IMG/VR virus record: IMGVR_UViG_3300048998_000068 | Location: 1 to 46,220 of that record | Strand: one strand, 5' to 3' | Length of the DNA stretch: 46,220 nucleotides | DNA from: a virus | Taxonomy: Duplodnaviria; Caudoviricetes | In this document: piece by piece, positions 27,780 through 36,290 of the stretch | Layout: the number at the start of each line of letters is the position of its first letter | Numbering within the stretch: the stretch's first letter is position 1 | The notes under the pieces: model-generated | What the model was told of the DNA's origin: nothing | What the model saw: only the letters and a program-made list of their open reading frames with translations | Database searches by the model: none | Position numbers and translations under genes: made by a program

Positions 27780-28062
27780 AATACCCGTCAAGGCTGTCAA
27801 TACCTGTCAAGGTTAAATTTTGACGGGTATTAAGGATATAACTCTATAATATATATATATATATTTTATAAAATAAATACCCGTCAAGGTGTCAAGGTGT
27901 CATGCCCACCCCCCTGTGGATAACTTCCGGTGTGCCTGTCACACCTTGACACCTTGACGGGTATTTATTTTTCAGATTTTCCCGATTAATTCCGCGCAAT
28001 TAGCAGCGCAATACCCGTCAAAAAGCACCCTTGACGGGTATTGACAGGTATTGACGGGTATT
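27780..28062. repeat. Replication origin: nine AATACC(C/T)GTCAA iterons, a 31-bp perfect inverted repeat, a (TA)n tract and a central DnaA box
   Basis: Iterons forward at 27780, 27799, 27876, 28010 and reverse at 27820, 27954, 28031, 28041, 28051; inverted repeat 27870-27900/27941-27971; TGTGGATAA at 27915-27923; directly downstream of the primase-helicase gene. Confidence 0.8.
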
Positions 28063-28071
28063 AATGGAAAA

Positions 28072-30285
28072 TTAAATTGAAACATAAGATACCTTAGAAA
28101 CTTCTCCGCGCGTTCCGCGGGTAACTCCGCCTGCAGCTCGAGCGATATTTGCAGCTACAACTTTGATTTGTTCCGTACGAATAAGCTGCATAATAACTTC
28201 CTCGCGCTCTTTCAATTTGAGATATTGAGTTCGGCGAGTTAGATCCCTTTGATTGATTCCGTCCGATCCACAATCGCGAATTATTTTATGGACACGCTTT
28301 ACGCTCTTTTCGTGGTCATTCTCGGAAATCCGTTCGTTAACGGCTTCCGCAAGAACTTCGGATTGCTGATACACGACTTCAAGCGCCCATTGCATTGCCT
28401 TTAAATCAATCGCAGGCCCATCGCTAACAACTAACGCGAGTTTCGCCGCGTGTTCCGCTGCCCGGGCCCAAATTGCTGCCCCCGGGTTTCCTTCCTCGCG
28501 CGCTGCGTCGCAGTAGTCTCGAAAGTCTTTCCTTGCCGACCACCACATATCGGAAGCACCTGTGGTGAATGGAATTTCAGTTGGCTGGATATCTGCGAGC
28601 GATCGCGGGTTTCTGGTAGGGAGTTCACAAATAGATCGAACGGAATCGATGATATATTCATGCGGTTTTGTGAGCTTGGCTTTTTGATTTTCGTCAATTC
28701 TTCCATCGGGAACTTCGAACATTAACCAACGCGGCAACCAACCGTCTAACGCGTCCATACTAGTGAGCGATTGAAAAAATCGCTCAGGAACCGTTGTTCC
28801 GTAAACCGATAAACATGGTTGTATGATATCGCTCCGCGACCCGTCAGCCAACACTTTACCGGCATGATACCCGTCAGCTTCCGAGAATAGTTTGGTCATG
28901 GTGTGGAGAATCGCCGCGTAATGCGGATTTCCGCGCTTTCCGTCGGCCATTGAACTGACCGCATGTCCGATTTCATCCCACAATAGCAACGTCCGCCCGT
29001 TGGTTTCATTTAAGATGCGAAGCAATCCAGGTTCGGATCCAGGTTCCCCGCCTAAGACCTGCGCCGCGTTTGCCGTGCGGAGAAGTAATTGGCAAGCTTT
29101 GATTATATGACCCTTTCCGCGCCCGGTTCCGGCGAGGCCCAAACAATACAAATTTGTGCGCAAATCCGATTCGGTTTTGACCCGGTGAGCCTTTAGCGCC
29201 GCAACGGTCGCCAGAGCTCCGCCGAGAGCCAAGATTGGAAGCGGTTCGCGAGATGTTTCGACTATCCACCGCACGATATCTCCGACTAAGCCCGGCGTTT
29301 GTTCGATTAGCTCCGCTGGAATAGATAACGTCGGTTTTGGAATACTTAACGGCGGAAGCGGAATACTTTCGGCCGAATCTGCCCACCTCGAGTTAATTGT
29401 TTCTGAAACGCCCTCGAGCAACTTGTTTTCGTCAAAACTCCATTCCTCAAACCCATTTAGCTTGGCATGGTTAAAGAGCGTTGCGATCGTCACCTCGAGC
29501 GCCGGGTTAAACGTTCCCCACTTCCGGGAAGGTTCGCCCGGCTTATACTTCATTCCGCCGGAGCTCCATGCGTCAAAGAGCGCGAGCCCATCGGCGCCCG
29601 GGTAAACCGTATTGATGGCAAAACCGATTTCGATCCAATCCAGATAAGTTAAATCAGGATTAATAAACTGCAATGCTGCCCGAACCATTTCGAGCGATGG
29701 CACGCCGTCAGCGTTTGGAACTTTTTCAGAGTAAACAACAGGCCCGTATATTAATTCGCGGACTTGGTTTGGAAATTCCGCAGGCAGAACCGGCAATTTA
29801 TCCAACACGTTAAGGAGTAATTCACCTTCCCAAATATATGGCCTGTGCGTAACCGGATGAAGCGACGGCGGAATAACAGTTTGCTTTCCGTTGGAAAGAA
29901 TCTCGAGAACGATTTTTTCTTCAAAAACGAATCGCGTGCTTTTCTCGCCGGAATAGCGAAAGAATGCGGTAAATCCTTTTTTGCCGACTTTCCGGCAAAT
30001 GATAGGCGGAAGCATGTCCAGAATAGCGGGCCAAAATTGGTCGCCTTCGTCAAAATCGAGCGCGACTAGACCGGAAGCCGGTCCAAGTGCAATTCCAATC
30101 CCAACGTCGGGAAACTCCGCCCATTTGGTTTGTCGCTCCGCATCCGGCAACACTTCACAAAAGTGCTGCCAGCCTATTAAGCCGGTAATTAAGCCCGGCG
30201 CCTTGCCGTTTGGAATGATTGGAATGACCGACACGCCCGCCCGGGCATAGTCCTGATAGTGAGCAGCAAACGGCGATAAAGGCAT
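28072..30285 (-). CDS. Bifunctional primase-polymerase with PriCT-2 and DUF3987-like helicase domain (replication initiator)
   Basis: VIPI..NGKAP, GIGIALG..SGLVALDFD, VIPPSLHP, YLDWIEIGFA..FDAWS..KY, AGTGRGKG P-loop and LLLWDE; likely start ATG 30285. Confidence 0.88.
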   Translation of the reverse strand: MPLSPFAAHYQDYARAGVSVIPIIPNGKAPGLITGLIGWQHFCEVLPDAERQTKWAEFPDVGIGIALGPASGLVALDFDEGDQFWPAILDMLPPIICRKVGKKGFTAFFRYSGEKSTRFVFEEKIVLEILSNGKQTVIPPSLHPVTHRPYIWEGELLLNVLDKLPVLPAEFPNQVRELIYGPVVYSEKVPNADGVPSLEMVRAALQFINPDLTYLDWIEIGFAINTVYPGADGLALFDAWSSGGMKYKPGEPSRKWGTFNPALEVTIATLFNHAKLNGFEEWSFDENKLLEGVSETINSRWADSAESIPLPPLSIPKPTLSIPAELIEQTPGLVGDIVRWIVETSREPLPILALGGALATVAALKAHRVKTESDLRTNLYCLGLAGTGRGKGHIIKACQLLLRTANAAQVLGGEPGSEPGLLRILNETNGRTLLLWDEIGHAVSSMADGKRGNPHYAAILHTMTKLFSEADGYHAGKVLADGSRSDIIQPCLSVYGTTVPERFFQSLTSMDALDGWLPRWLMFEVPDGRIDENQKAKLTKPHEYIIDSVRSICELPTRNPRSLADIQPTEIPFTTGASDMWWSARKDFRDYCDAAREEGNPGAAIWARAAEHAAKLALVVSDGPAIDLKAMQWALEVVYQQSEVLAEAVNERISENDHEKSVKRVHKIIRDCGSDGINQRDLTRRTQYLKLKEREEVIMQLIRTEQIKVVAANIARAAGGVTRGTRGEVSKVSYVSI

Positions 30286-30373
30286 ATATTGATTTTTGGT
30301 CGTACGTGTTTCAGCATGATCCGCCTCGGACCCGATCGAAAACAACCGCACAACTAAAAACCTACGGCAAAAA

Positions 30374-30826
30374 TTAATTGCCTAAAAGCAACCGCGGCAT
30401 TTTGCCACTCATATTCTCGAGCTGCGGAAGGATATGATCCGCCAGTGACCTGTTATCCGGCATTATGAAGTGTGCGAGGAATTCTTTTTCGAACGTCGTA
30501 ATTTCCGATTCTACAGCTTCTAATTTCGCTTTGATACAGAGCGCCAGAGCTCGCCAGCGTTGTCGAACGGCTTGTTCGTATGCCGCTTCAGAAGCGTTGT
30601 CGTTTTTCCGTGTTCGTCCCGTTGGCGTTAAATTGAATTCCGGCGATTTCGGATCCGGCATGGGCAAGGTAAAACGAACCGTTCGACCTCGCACGGTAAA
30701 ACCGAGATTGGCACAGTCCGGCGAGCTCGCATAAAAGAAGTGCGAAGCGCCATACCGCTGCAGAATTTTTTCGATTTCACCTCGAGAACGCTCGGACGAA
30801 ACGTCCGTTGTCGCTGCGTATTTCAT
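30374..30826 (-). CDS. Phage hypothetical protein
   Basis: MKYAATTDVSSERSRGEIE..L.RYGA...RQRWRAL.L.IKAKLEAV..FEKEFLAH recalled as a widespread phage family; ATGA overlap at 30826. Confidence 0.75.
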   Translation of the reverse strand: MKYAATTDVSSERSRGEIEKILQRYGASHFFYASSPDCANLGFTVRGRTVRFTLPMPDPKSPEFNLTPTGRTRKNDNASEAAYEQAVRQRWRALALCIKAKLEAVESEITTFEKEFLAHFIMPDNRSLADHILPQLENMSGKMPRLLLGN

Positions 30827-31113
30827 CCTTTGACCTTGGTTAAGTGCGGTTTTGGTTTTTTCTGTGCTGCAGCATATCGAGAATGCAGCGACCAATCTGC
30901 ATTCATCATTGGACTGATATATTGACCAATCATTGTTAAGCGCGCGTGCAGCGTTGCCCCATTGTTGATTATCTTAGTGGCCACGGTTTTAAAGGTGTGT
31001 TCGCCCTCGCCCACGGACATAATGTCGTCCATAGCTTCACCCACAACATTGTGCGCGAGCTCCAACAATTCTTCGAAGGTTAAGGCCGGAAGTTTCTCCG
31101 CGTTAAAATCCAT
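30823..31113 (-). CDS. Hypothetical protein
   Basis: 96 aa, coupled to both neighbours. Confidence 0.55.
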   Translation of the reverse strand: MDFNAEKLPALTFEELLELAHNVVGEAMDDIMSVGEGEHTFKTVATKIINNGATLHARLTMIGQYISPMMNADWSLHSRYAAAQKKPKPHLTKVKG

Positions 31114-31328
31114 TATTTGCCCTTTTTAGTCAGTAAGTTTGCCTGATAACAATCTTCGACCGTCAGATCCTCCGCGCGCTTTCCGGCAAGCTTGATAAGC
31201 GCATCCCAGTACTTCCAAGGTATCCCGCGGTCGCTCCATTGCGATACGGACGACGTGTCCAGCTGGCCTAGCCTGTAGGCGACTTCTTTTCGTCCGCCGC
31301 ATATATCTACTATCTCCCGCACTTTCAT
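31113..31328 (-). CDS. Cro-like HTH transcriptional regulator
   Basis: EIVDICGGRKEVAYRLG..TSSVSQW..RGIP.KYW; first gene of the leftward unit. Confidence 0.8.
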   Translation of the reverse strand: MKVREIVDICGGRKEVAYRLGQLDTSSVSQWSDRGIPWKYWDALIKLAGKRAEDLTVEDCYQANLLTKKGK

Positions 31329-31359
31329 AGTTTTTGTCCATAGATAAAAGTTATTGGTT

Positions 31360-31406
31360 TTTGTGTTGACACAAATCAGACTAAAGATTTACACTCGTTG
31401 AGTCAA
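31360..31406. promoter_or_regulatory. Overlapping divergent sigma70-type promoters with operator-like palindrome
   Basis: Plus strand TTGACA(31366)-18-TACACT(31390); minus strand TTGACT(31406)-17-TAGTCT(31383); palindrome TTTGTGT-TG-ACACAAA at 31360-31375. Confidence 0.6.
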
Positions 31407-31781
31407 GGAAAGAAAAAAGAAGACAGGCCCAAGATTTTGAGCGAGCCAAAGAAATTCGAAAATATTGGCGAGTTTTTACGCACAATAATAAACAACCCCG
31501 AGGATCCGCGTTTGGTAAAAGCACCGCCACTACCGCAACCGGAGGATTTCAGCTTCGTGCAGCTTAGACCGAGAAGGATGCTAATCGAACTGTCGACCTA
31601 CAGAAGACACGAAAAGGATACCGACGAATATTTATATATCGTTTCCCATTTCGGCTATGAATACGAACAACTCATGTCGGGCAAGGCTTATCGCCAAAAT
31701 CCAAATCGAGTCGACCGAATAGCGAAGGAAAAAATCGTTGAAAAGATTAAGCGTGCGGCACGAAGTTGGGAATCAGACTGA
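31398..31781 (+). CDS. Early protein carrying a capsid delta-domain-like segment
   Basis: FENIGEFLRTIINNPEDPRL matches major capsid aa 98-117 (13/20 identical); start may be TTG 31398 or 31437. Confidence 0.7.
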   Translation: MSQGKKKEDRPKILSEPKKFENIGEFLRTIINNPEDPRLVKAPPLPQPEDFSFVQLRPRRMLIELSTYRRHEKDTDEYLYIVSHFGYEYEQLMSGKAYRQNPNRVDRIAKEKIVEKIKRAARSWESD

Positions 31782-32016
31782 ACGATTGCCGGACGAAGAA
31801 TATGACGGACACAATGACGTTTGGACCCTTCGAAGATACTTGGACACGACCATCCACGAAGTCGACGCCGATATTCTTGATATTTATGTCCAGGTTGAAG
31901 CTACCGGCAAAGCGCTTCGCGACAAACCTTCGTTAAAAGATTGGCTAGTTAACCAGCTGAACGAGCAGCTGGAAAAAATCGCAGCGAGAATAAAAGCAGA
32001 AAAATATGACGCATAA
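31738..32016 (+). CDS. Hypothetical protein (start possibly TTG 31786)
   Basis: Coupled ORF in the early operon. Confidence 0.5.
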   Translation: MKRLSVRHEVGNQTERLPDEEYDGHNDVWTLRRYLDTTIHEVDADILDIYVQVEATGKALRDKPSLKDWLVNQLNEQLEKIAARIKAEKYDA

Positions 32017-32242
32017 GCACCATCCGCCCGACGGTTTTGCGCAGAAGTATGAAAGTATCGAAACCTCCCGGAAAGCCAAGTTGATAAAGGAATATCAAGA
32101 GCTAATCGAAATCGATTTGCTGGAAAACTTAGCAAACGAATCACGCAACCGGCGCGACTTTTTAATATTGGAGCTCATCCAGCGGATTTTTGCCGAACTG
32201 GAATCGCTGAAGGCTTGGACAATGCCAAGAGACCCGGATTAA
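32006..32242 (+). CDS. Hypothetical protein
   Basis: 78-aa helical ORF overlapping the upstream stop. Confidence 0.5.
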   Translation: MTHKHHPPDGFAQKYESIETSRKAKLIKEYQELIEIDLLENLANESRNRRDFLILELIQRIFAELESLKAWTMPRDPD

Positions 32243-32244
32243 CG

Positions 32245-32556
32245 ATGACCACCACAACTTTCGATCCGCCGATTCCGCTGGATGAATTTGTCCGCCTCGC
32301 CAAGAAAGGCCCGATCGGCGAAACAATCGACGAATGCATTGCGAGGATTAAAACCACGCCGTTTCCGATGAAGGAGCTCGAGGACGCCACAAACGCATTA
32401 GCCGCAGAGCGATTAAAACTCGAAATCCGCGAAGCATTTACGCAAGCAGGCGCCCTTATCGCTTCAGCTTTTACAGACAAATCCATTAGCGCGGACGAGC
32501 TCCGCGGCATGATAAAAATGCAAACCATTTTCCATAAACAACTTAGATGCAAATGA
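32245..32556 (+). CDS. Hypothetical protein
   Basis: ATG 32245 directly after the upstream stop. Confidence 0.5.
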   Translation: MTTTTFDPPIPLDEFVRLAKKGPIGETIDECIARIKTTPFPMKELEDATNALAAERLKLEIREAFTQAGALIASAFTDKSISADELRGMIKMQTIFHKQLRCK

Positions 32557-32909
32557 AAGAAATAGTTAATACTTGGATCGCAATCGTCGACGGAAAACCA
32601 GAGCTCGAATTAACGTCAGAGTGTTGCGCACATTGCGTTGGCGCAGAACTGCTTATATTCGCCAATAAGATGAAAATCCGGCGAGTTTCTAACGGCATGT
32701 CGCGAGAAAAAGCGAATGCCGAGGTTAGCGAATGGCTTTCGAAAGTCCGCGTATCACCTTGCACCTTAACGATCGACGTTCAAGTTGATCAAACTTTGTC
32801 GTTAACCGTTGAAGACCTAACGAAAAGTGCGCTTGACCACGTTGCGAAGTCACCAAACGATAACCGAGTTAACTACGACGCGCTAAGACGAAATGCCAAA
32901 AACAACTAA
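32547..32909 (+). CDS. Hypothetical protein
   Basis: 120 aa with a CCAHC motif; coupled ORF. Confidence 0.5.
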   Translation: MQMKEIVNTWIAIVDGKPELELTSECCAHCVGAELLIFANKMKIRRVSNGMSREKANAEVSEWLSKVRVSPCTLTIDVQVDQTLSLTVEDLTKSALDHVAKSPNDNRVNYDALRRNAKNN

Positions 32910-33198
32910 ACGTCCGCCGGACGAGATTTGGATCGCGGTCGAAAATAAGGTTCCGTTGTCCGCCTCGATCCACAGAAGCCGATTAGATGTTTTTTGGTGG
33001 ATCCGCACTGTCAGCATTGAGCGGTTGAGAGCACAGCGGAAAAACGCGACTCGAACCAATCTACTGAAGGCTTACGCCGCTTATGAGATTTGGCCGATTA
33101 TCGCATTAGCGGTCGACGTGACCGACAAAAACAAAATTTGGAACCTTGCCCGCCTACAAACGTTGGATCCGAAACCCGGAGATGATTTCGATGAATGA
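32893..33198 (+). CDS. Hypothetical protein
   Basis: 101 aa, overlapping both neighbours. Confidence 0.5.
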   Translation: MPKTTKRPPDEIWIAVENKVPLSASIHRSRLDVFWWIRTVSIERLRAQRKNATRTNLLKAYAAYEIWPIIALAVDVTDKNKIWNLARLQTLDPKPGDDFDE

Positions 33199-33676
33199 TT
33201 TTTCCAATTACTTTGACGACACGAACGCAGCGGACTTTTCAGAGAACGAGCGGAAGATCCTTAACTCCAATCTGAAATTTGTTCTTGAGACTGCCCTAGC
33301 AACGGACCTTCCGGCAAAAGACATCAAGGCAGTCGCGGAAGCAGTTTTGCGAACCTATCAAAGCTATGCATACCTGAAATGGAAAGTCGCCCGGCCAGAG
33401 AATGTCGACCCGGATTTCGACGTGCTATTTACACCGCAAATCTTGGCGGAGATAAACGCTGAACTAGGCTATCAATATTGCCAACAAGCTGAAGCGCTCC
33501 ATTTAGTCAATATCCATTTACCCGAAAGACTTTCGTTAGCGGGATTAGTTCCGAAGTCGCGTTGGCCAAACTTTCAGGTCCAACCGGACACAAACGACAT
33601 ACTAACCGTTGCGCGCCTAAATGCAGTTAAGGAAAAAGCGCGCCTCAATGTAGTTAAGGAAAGATCCAGTGAGTGA
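33191..33676 (+). CDS. Hypothetical protein
   Basis: ATG 33191 with GGAG upstream; C-terminal 9-aa tandem duplication. Confidence 0.55.
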   Translation: MNDFSNYFDDTNAADFSENERKILNSNLKFVLETALATDLPAKDIKAVAEAVLRTYQSYAYLKWKVARPENVDPDFDVLFTPQILAEINAELGYQYCQQAEALHLVNIHLPERLSLAGLVPKSRWPNFQVQPDTNDILTVARLNAVKEKARLNVVKERSSE

Positions 33677-34034
33677 TAAAACCCAAGCCAAAATCCGCAA
33701 CATGACGATTAGCCAGCTAAACGCCGCCATGACCTTCCAGGCCGTCGCCAGCGCGCAGCTGATCGCAAAAACCATAAGCGCAGGCGCCGGGCAAGACTTC
33801 ATCCAAATGGAATTCGGCAACGTCGCACGCCTATATGTCAGCATGGAAAATTTAGTCAACGCGGAGAAAGAACGCCGAAAAATGCGCAACAGCTCGCAGA
33901 TGGAAGCATTGAAAGAACTCGCCGACAAAGCAGGAACGACAGTAGAGGAATTCGCGCAACGCTTCAGAGAAGCGGAAGCAATGAACCGCGGCGGAACCTG
34001 GCCAGTTGTTAAGGAAGATCCTTCCGATGGATAA
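33669..34034 (+). CDS. Hypothetical protein
   Basis: GTG start with AAGGA RBS. Confidence 0.55.
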   Translation: MSDKTQAKIRNMTISQLNAAMTFQAVASAQLIAKTISAGAGQDFIQMEFGNVARLYVSMENLVNAEKERRKMRNSSQMEALKELADKAGTTVEEFAQRFREAEAMNRGGTWPVVKEDPSDG

Positions 34035-34536
34035 CGATACATGGATCCGACTCTATGCCTGTATAATTGGCTGTGTTATCGCCGGATTTTGTTTTCAGTG
34101 GGGGTACTGTCGTGGCTGGAGCATCGCCAAAAAACAGGCGCGCGAAGGTGTATTTCCAGCGAGTAAATCAACGATAAGACCACCAAACAGTGTTCCGCCA
34201 CCAAAGCCCAAAGAGAAAAGTGGCAAAACGCGATTTGATGCAGTCGACACCATGGCGATAGTTTTAAAACATAGCGGACACAAATTTATGACAGAGGAAG
34301 AATTCACCATACTTGAGACGAAATATACGGAAGTACGCCGCCTGCGCCAAAATCTCAAACACATGACGGTCGCGATCGAGATAGCAAGGGAGCGAAAAAA
34401 CCCATCGGGCGCATGGCATGAAATCTTAGACAGCTTCGCTCGCACAGGCGGTTTGTTGGATGAAATTTTCGATCACGTCCTAGCTTTCTTAGAACGGGAA
34501 AAACAGAAGATAATTACCGAACTTACAAATTTTTAA
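34027..34536 (+). CDS. Membrane-anchored hypothetical protein
   Basis: N-terminal TM (WIRLYACIIGCVIAGFCFQWG), Pro-rich linker and helical C-terminus. Confidence 0.55.
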   Translation: MDNDTWIRLYACIIGCVIAGFCFQWGYCRGWSIAKKQAREGVFPASKSTIRPPNSVPPPKPKEKSGKTRFDAVDTMAIVLKHSGHKFMTEEEFTILETKYTEVRRLRQNLKHMTVAIEIARERKNPSGAWHEILDSFARTGGLLDEIFDHVLAFLEREKQKIITELTNF

Positions 34537-34546
34537 CCGAGGACAC

Positions 34547-34861
34547 ATGACGAATCGAAAACCGACCAAACCATTACAGCTAGCAAGCTTTATCGAAGTT
34601 GCTCCGCCAGCGAACATCGACGAATTCCGAACCCGAATGGTTAACGAGCTCCAACAGAAAATCGAAGAACACGAAAAAACGATTTTCCAGAAGGACCGCA
34701 CCATTCGAAACCTGAAACGCGACCTCCGCGCGGCTGCATTAGTTTCCGACAAAACCAAATTTAACGCATGGCGCGACAATTTCTTAAGGCGCTTTAAAGA
34801 CGATATCGACGATAAATTAGAAAATTACATTGACTGTGGAACGTTTGATATTTCGTCGTGA
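34547..34861 (+). CDS. Coiled-coil hypothetical protein
   Basis: GAGGA RBS, 104 aa. Confidence 0.55.
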   Translation: MTNRKPTKPLQLASFIEVAPPANIDEFRTRMVNELQQKIEEHEKTIFQKDRTIRNLKRDLRAAALVSDKTKFNAWRDNFLRRFKDDIDDKLENYIDCGTFDISS

Positions 34862-34942
34862 CAATTAACCGATACTTTTTTCTTGCGTGCGCATCCGAAT
34901 ATTGCGATAAATAACCACGCAATAAAAAAGGACGACACGACC

Positions 34943-35089
34943 ATGTATCAAATTATTTTAGCTGCGGTTTTCACAGGATATTTATTGATGGTTAGCGGAT
35001 GTCAGGTTGATTCCCGGCACTTCGACCACTTAACAAGACAGGACCGCAACCACATTGCGGACGCGTTGTTAGGCGGAGCCGGATACTAA
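34943..35089 (+). CDS. Small lipoprotein-like protein (48 aa)
   Basis: AAGGA RBS; MYQIILAAVFTGYLLMVSG-C lipobox-like sequence. Confidence 0.5.
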   Translation: MYQIILAAVFTGYLLMVSGCQVDSRHFDHLTRQDRNHIADALLGGAGY

Positions 35090-35145
35090 CAGAACGACCA
35101 AAGCCCGGTTCGCCGGGCCAACTTAGAATACGGAGAAAAGGATTT

Positions 35146-35559
35146 ATGTTTGCCCAAGAATTTTCACCACTAAACAACCTGTCCGCTTGCACTTCCGCGC
35201 AACTTTTCCAGATGTTGCAGGCCGCGAACGTTTTTCGCGAGTTTTACAGTCGCTTTGGAGCCGGATCCGACGAATCCGCGTTGCCGCCGTGGTTTTACAT
35301 CGTACAGCAAGAAATCGCGAAACGAACGAAACAACAAAATGTTGACCTCGCTTCGTTCGAAACATGGACATTTAACGACCTCGCCACGTTTTACGCGAAG
35401 CTTCGAACGGACTTGATCCGAAACCAAGAACCCGGATCCGAAAATTGGCAAGAAACGCTGCAAACGATTGAAGCGCTCCGCCGAGAGCTCCGATCGCGAA
35501 AATCTGCCAATCTGCAATCGAGCCTTGCGGCCACACTGGCGCACGCAACGAGCGTTTAA
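35146..35559 (+). CDS. Hypothetical protein
   Basis: AAGGA RBS, 137 aa. Confidence 0.6.
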   Translation: MFAQEFSPLNNLSACTSAQLFQMLQAANVFREFYSRFGAGSDESALPPWFYIVQQEIAKRTKQQNVDLASFETWTFNDLATFYAKLRTDLIRNQEPGSENWQETLQTIEALRRELRSRKSANLQSSLAATLAHATSV

Positions 35560-35569
35560 AAGGATAGTT

Positions 35570-35833
35570 ATGAAACTAGCTCGAGAAGGATATGTTGTCG
35601 TGAACGACGAAGGAAGACCGGACACAAGGACACTAGGCGACACGGCAAAAGATGCGTGTAGCTTGTACGTTGAAAACCAAATTCCCTTCGACAGCTATAT
35701 TTTCATGCAGGAAAAAGACGTTTTAAAGGAATGGGAAGGCTTCCGAAGAAATCATGACTTGCATGTTGCTCGCGCCATTCTGCTAGTTGAAGAAGAACCC
35801 GTAAAATATCCGGTGAAAGGCAAGGACGAGTAA
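35570..35833 (+). CDS. Hypothetical protein
   Basis: AAGGA RBS before ATG 35570. Confidence 0.55.
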   Translation: MKLAREGYVVVNDEGRPDTRTLGDTAKDACSLYVENQIPFDSYIFMQEKDVLKEWEGFRRNHDLHVARAILLVEEEPVKYPVKGKDE

Positions 35834-35858
35834 ACGAATAACACAAAGGAAAATCACG

Positions 35859-35966
35859 ATGCCGCATTGGTTAATCGAAATACTATGGATAGCCGGATTT
35901 GTAATCGTCATAGTGGCATTTGCCCTAATGATTGAAGACACGATCAAAAATATCAAACGCTGGTAA
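35859..35966 (+). CDS. 35-aa single-TM peptide (not in ORF track)
   Basis: AAGGA RBS; MPHWLIEILWIAGFVIVIVAFALMIEDTIKNIKRW. Confidence 0.55.
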   Translation: MPHWLIEILWIAGFVIVIVAFALMIEDTIKNIKRW

Positions 35967-35999
35967 ACGACCAAAACGAAGAAAAGGAAAACACGACCA

Positions 36000-36245
36000 A
36001 TGAACACGACCGAACCAATAAACGAAACTATTCTAGGCGCGAAGTTTTGGTGGAGCCACGACGTAATGGTTTGCATTCGCGTCGCCACTGTCATTTTTGC
36101 GATCATCGGCATATTCCACGTTCGGAACTTATTCCGGGAAGTCGGATGGATTTCCGCGGAAGAATCGAGCGCCTACGCCAGCGAGATTGACAAGGAACCT
36201 CGCTTTAAGCTTCCACCGCTGCAGAGCTCCAAAGCCAAGCGCTAG
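36000..36245 (+). CDS. Small membrane protein
   Basis: AAGGA RBS and one TM segment. Confidence 0.5.
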   Translation: MNTTEPINETILGAKFWWSHDVMVCIRVATVIFAIIGIFHVRNLFREVGWISAEESSAYASEIDKEPRFKLPPLQSSKAKR

Positions 36246-36290
36246 CACTTTTTCAGGACAAGTTTTTTCAACACATAGCAGAGAATCGAA

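Noticed and set aside
27780-28062. CRISPR array or transposon ends
   Set aside because: The repeats are 12 bp, in mixed orientation and without regular spacers, and no transposase is present; the layout fits an origin.
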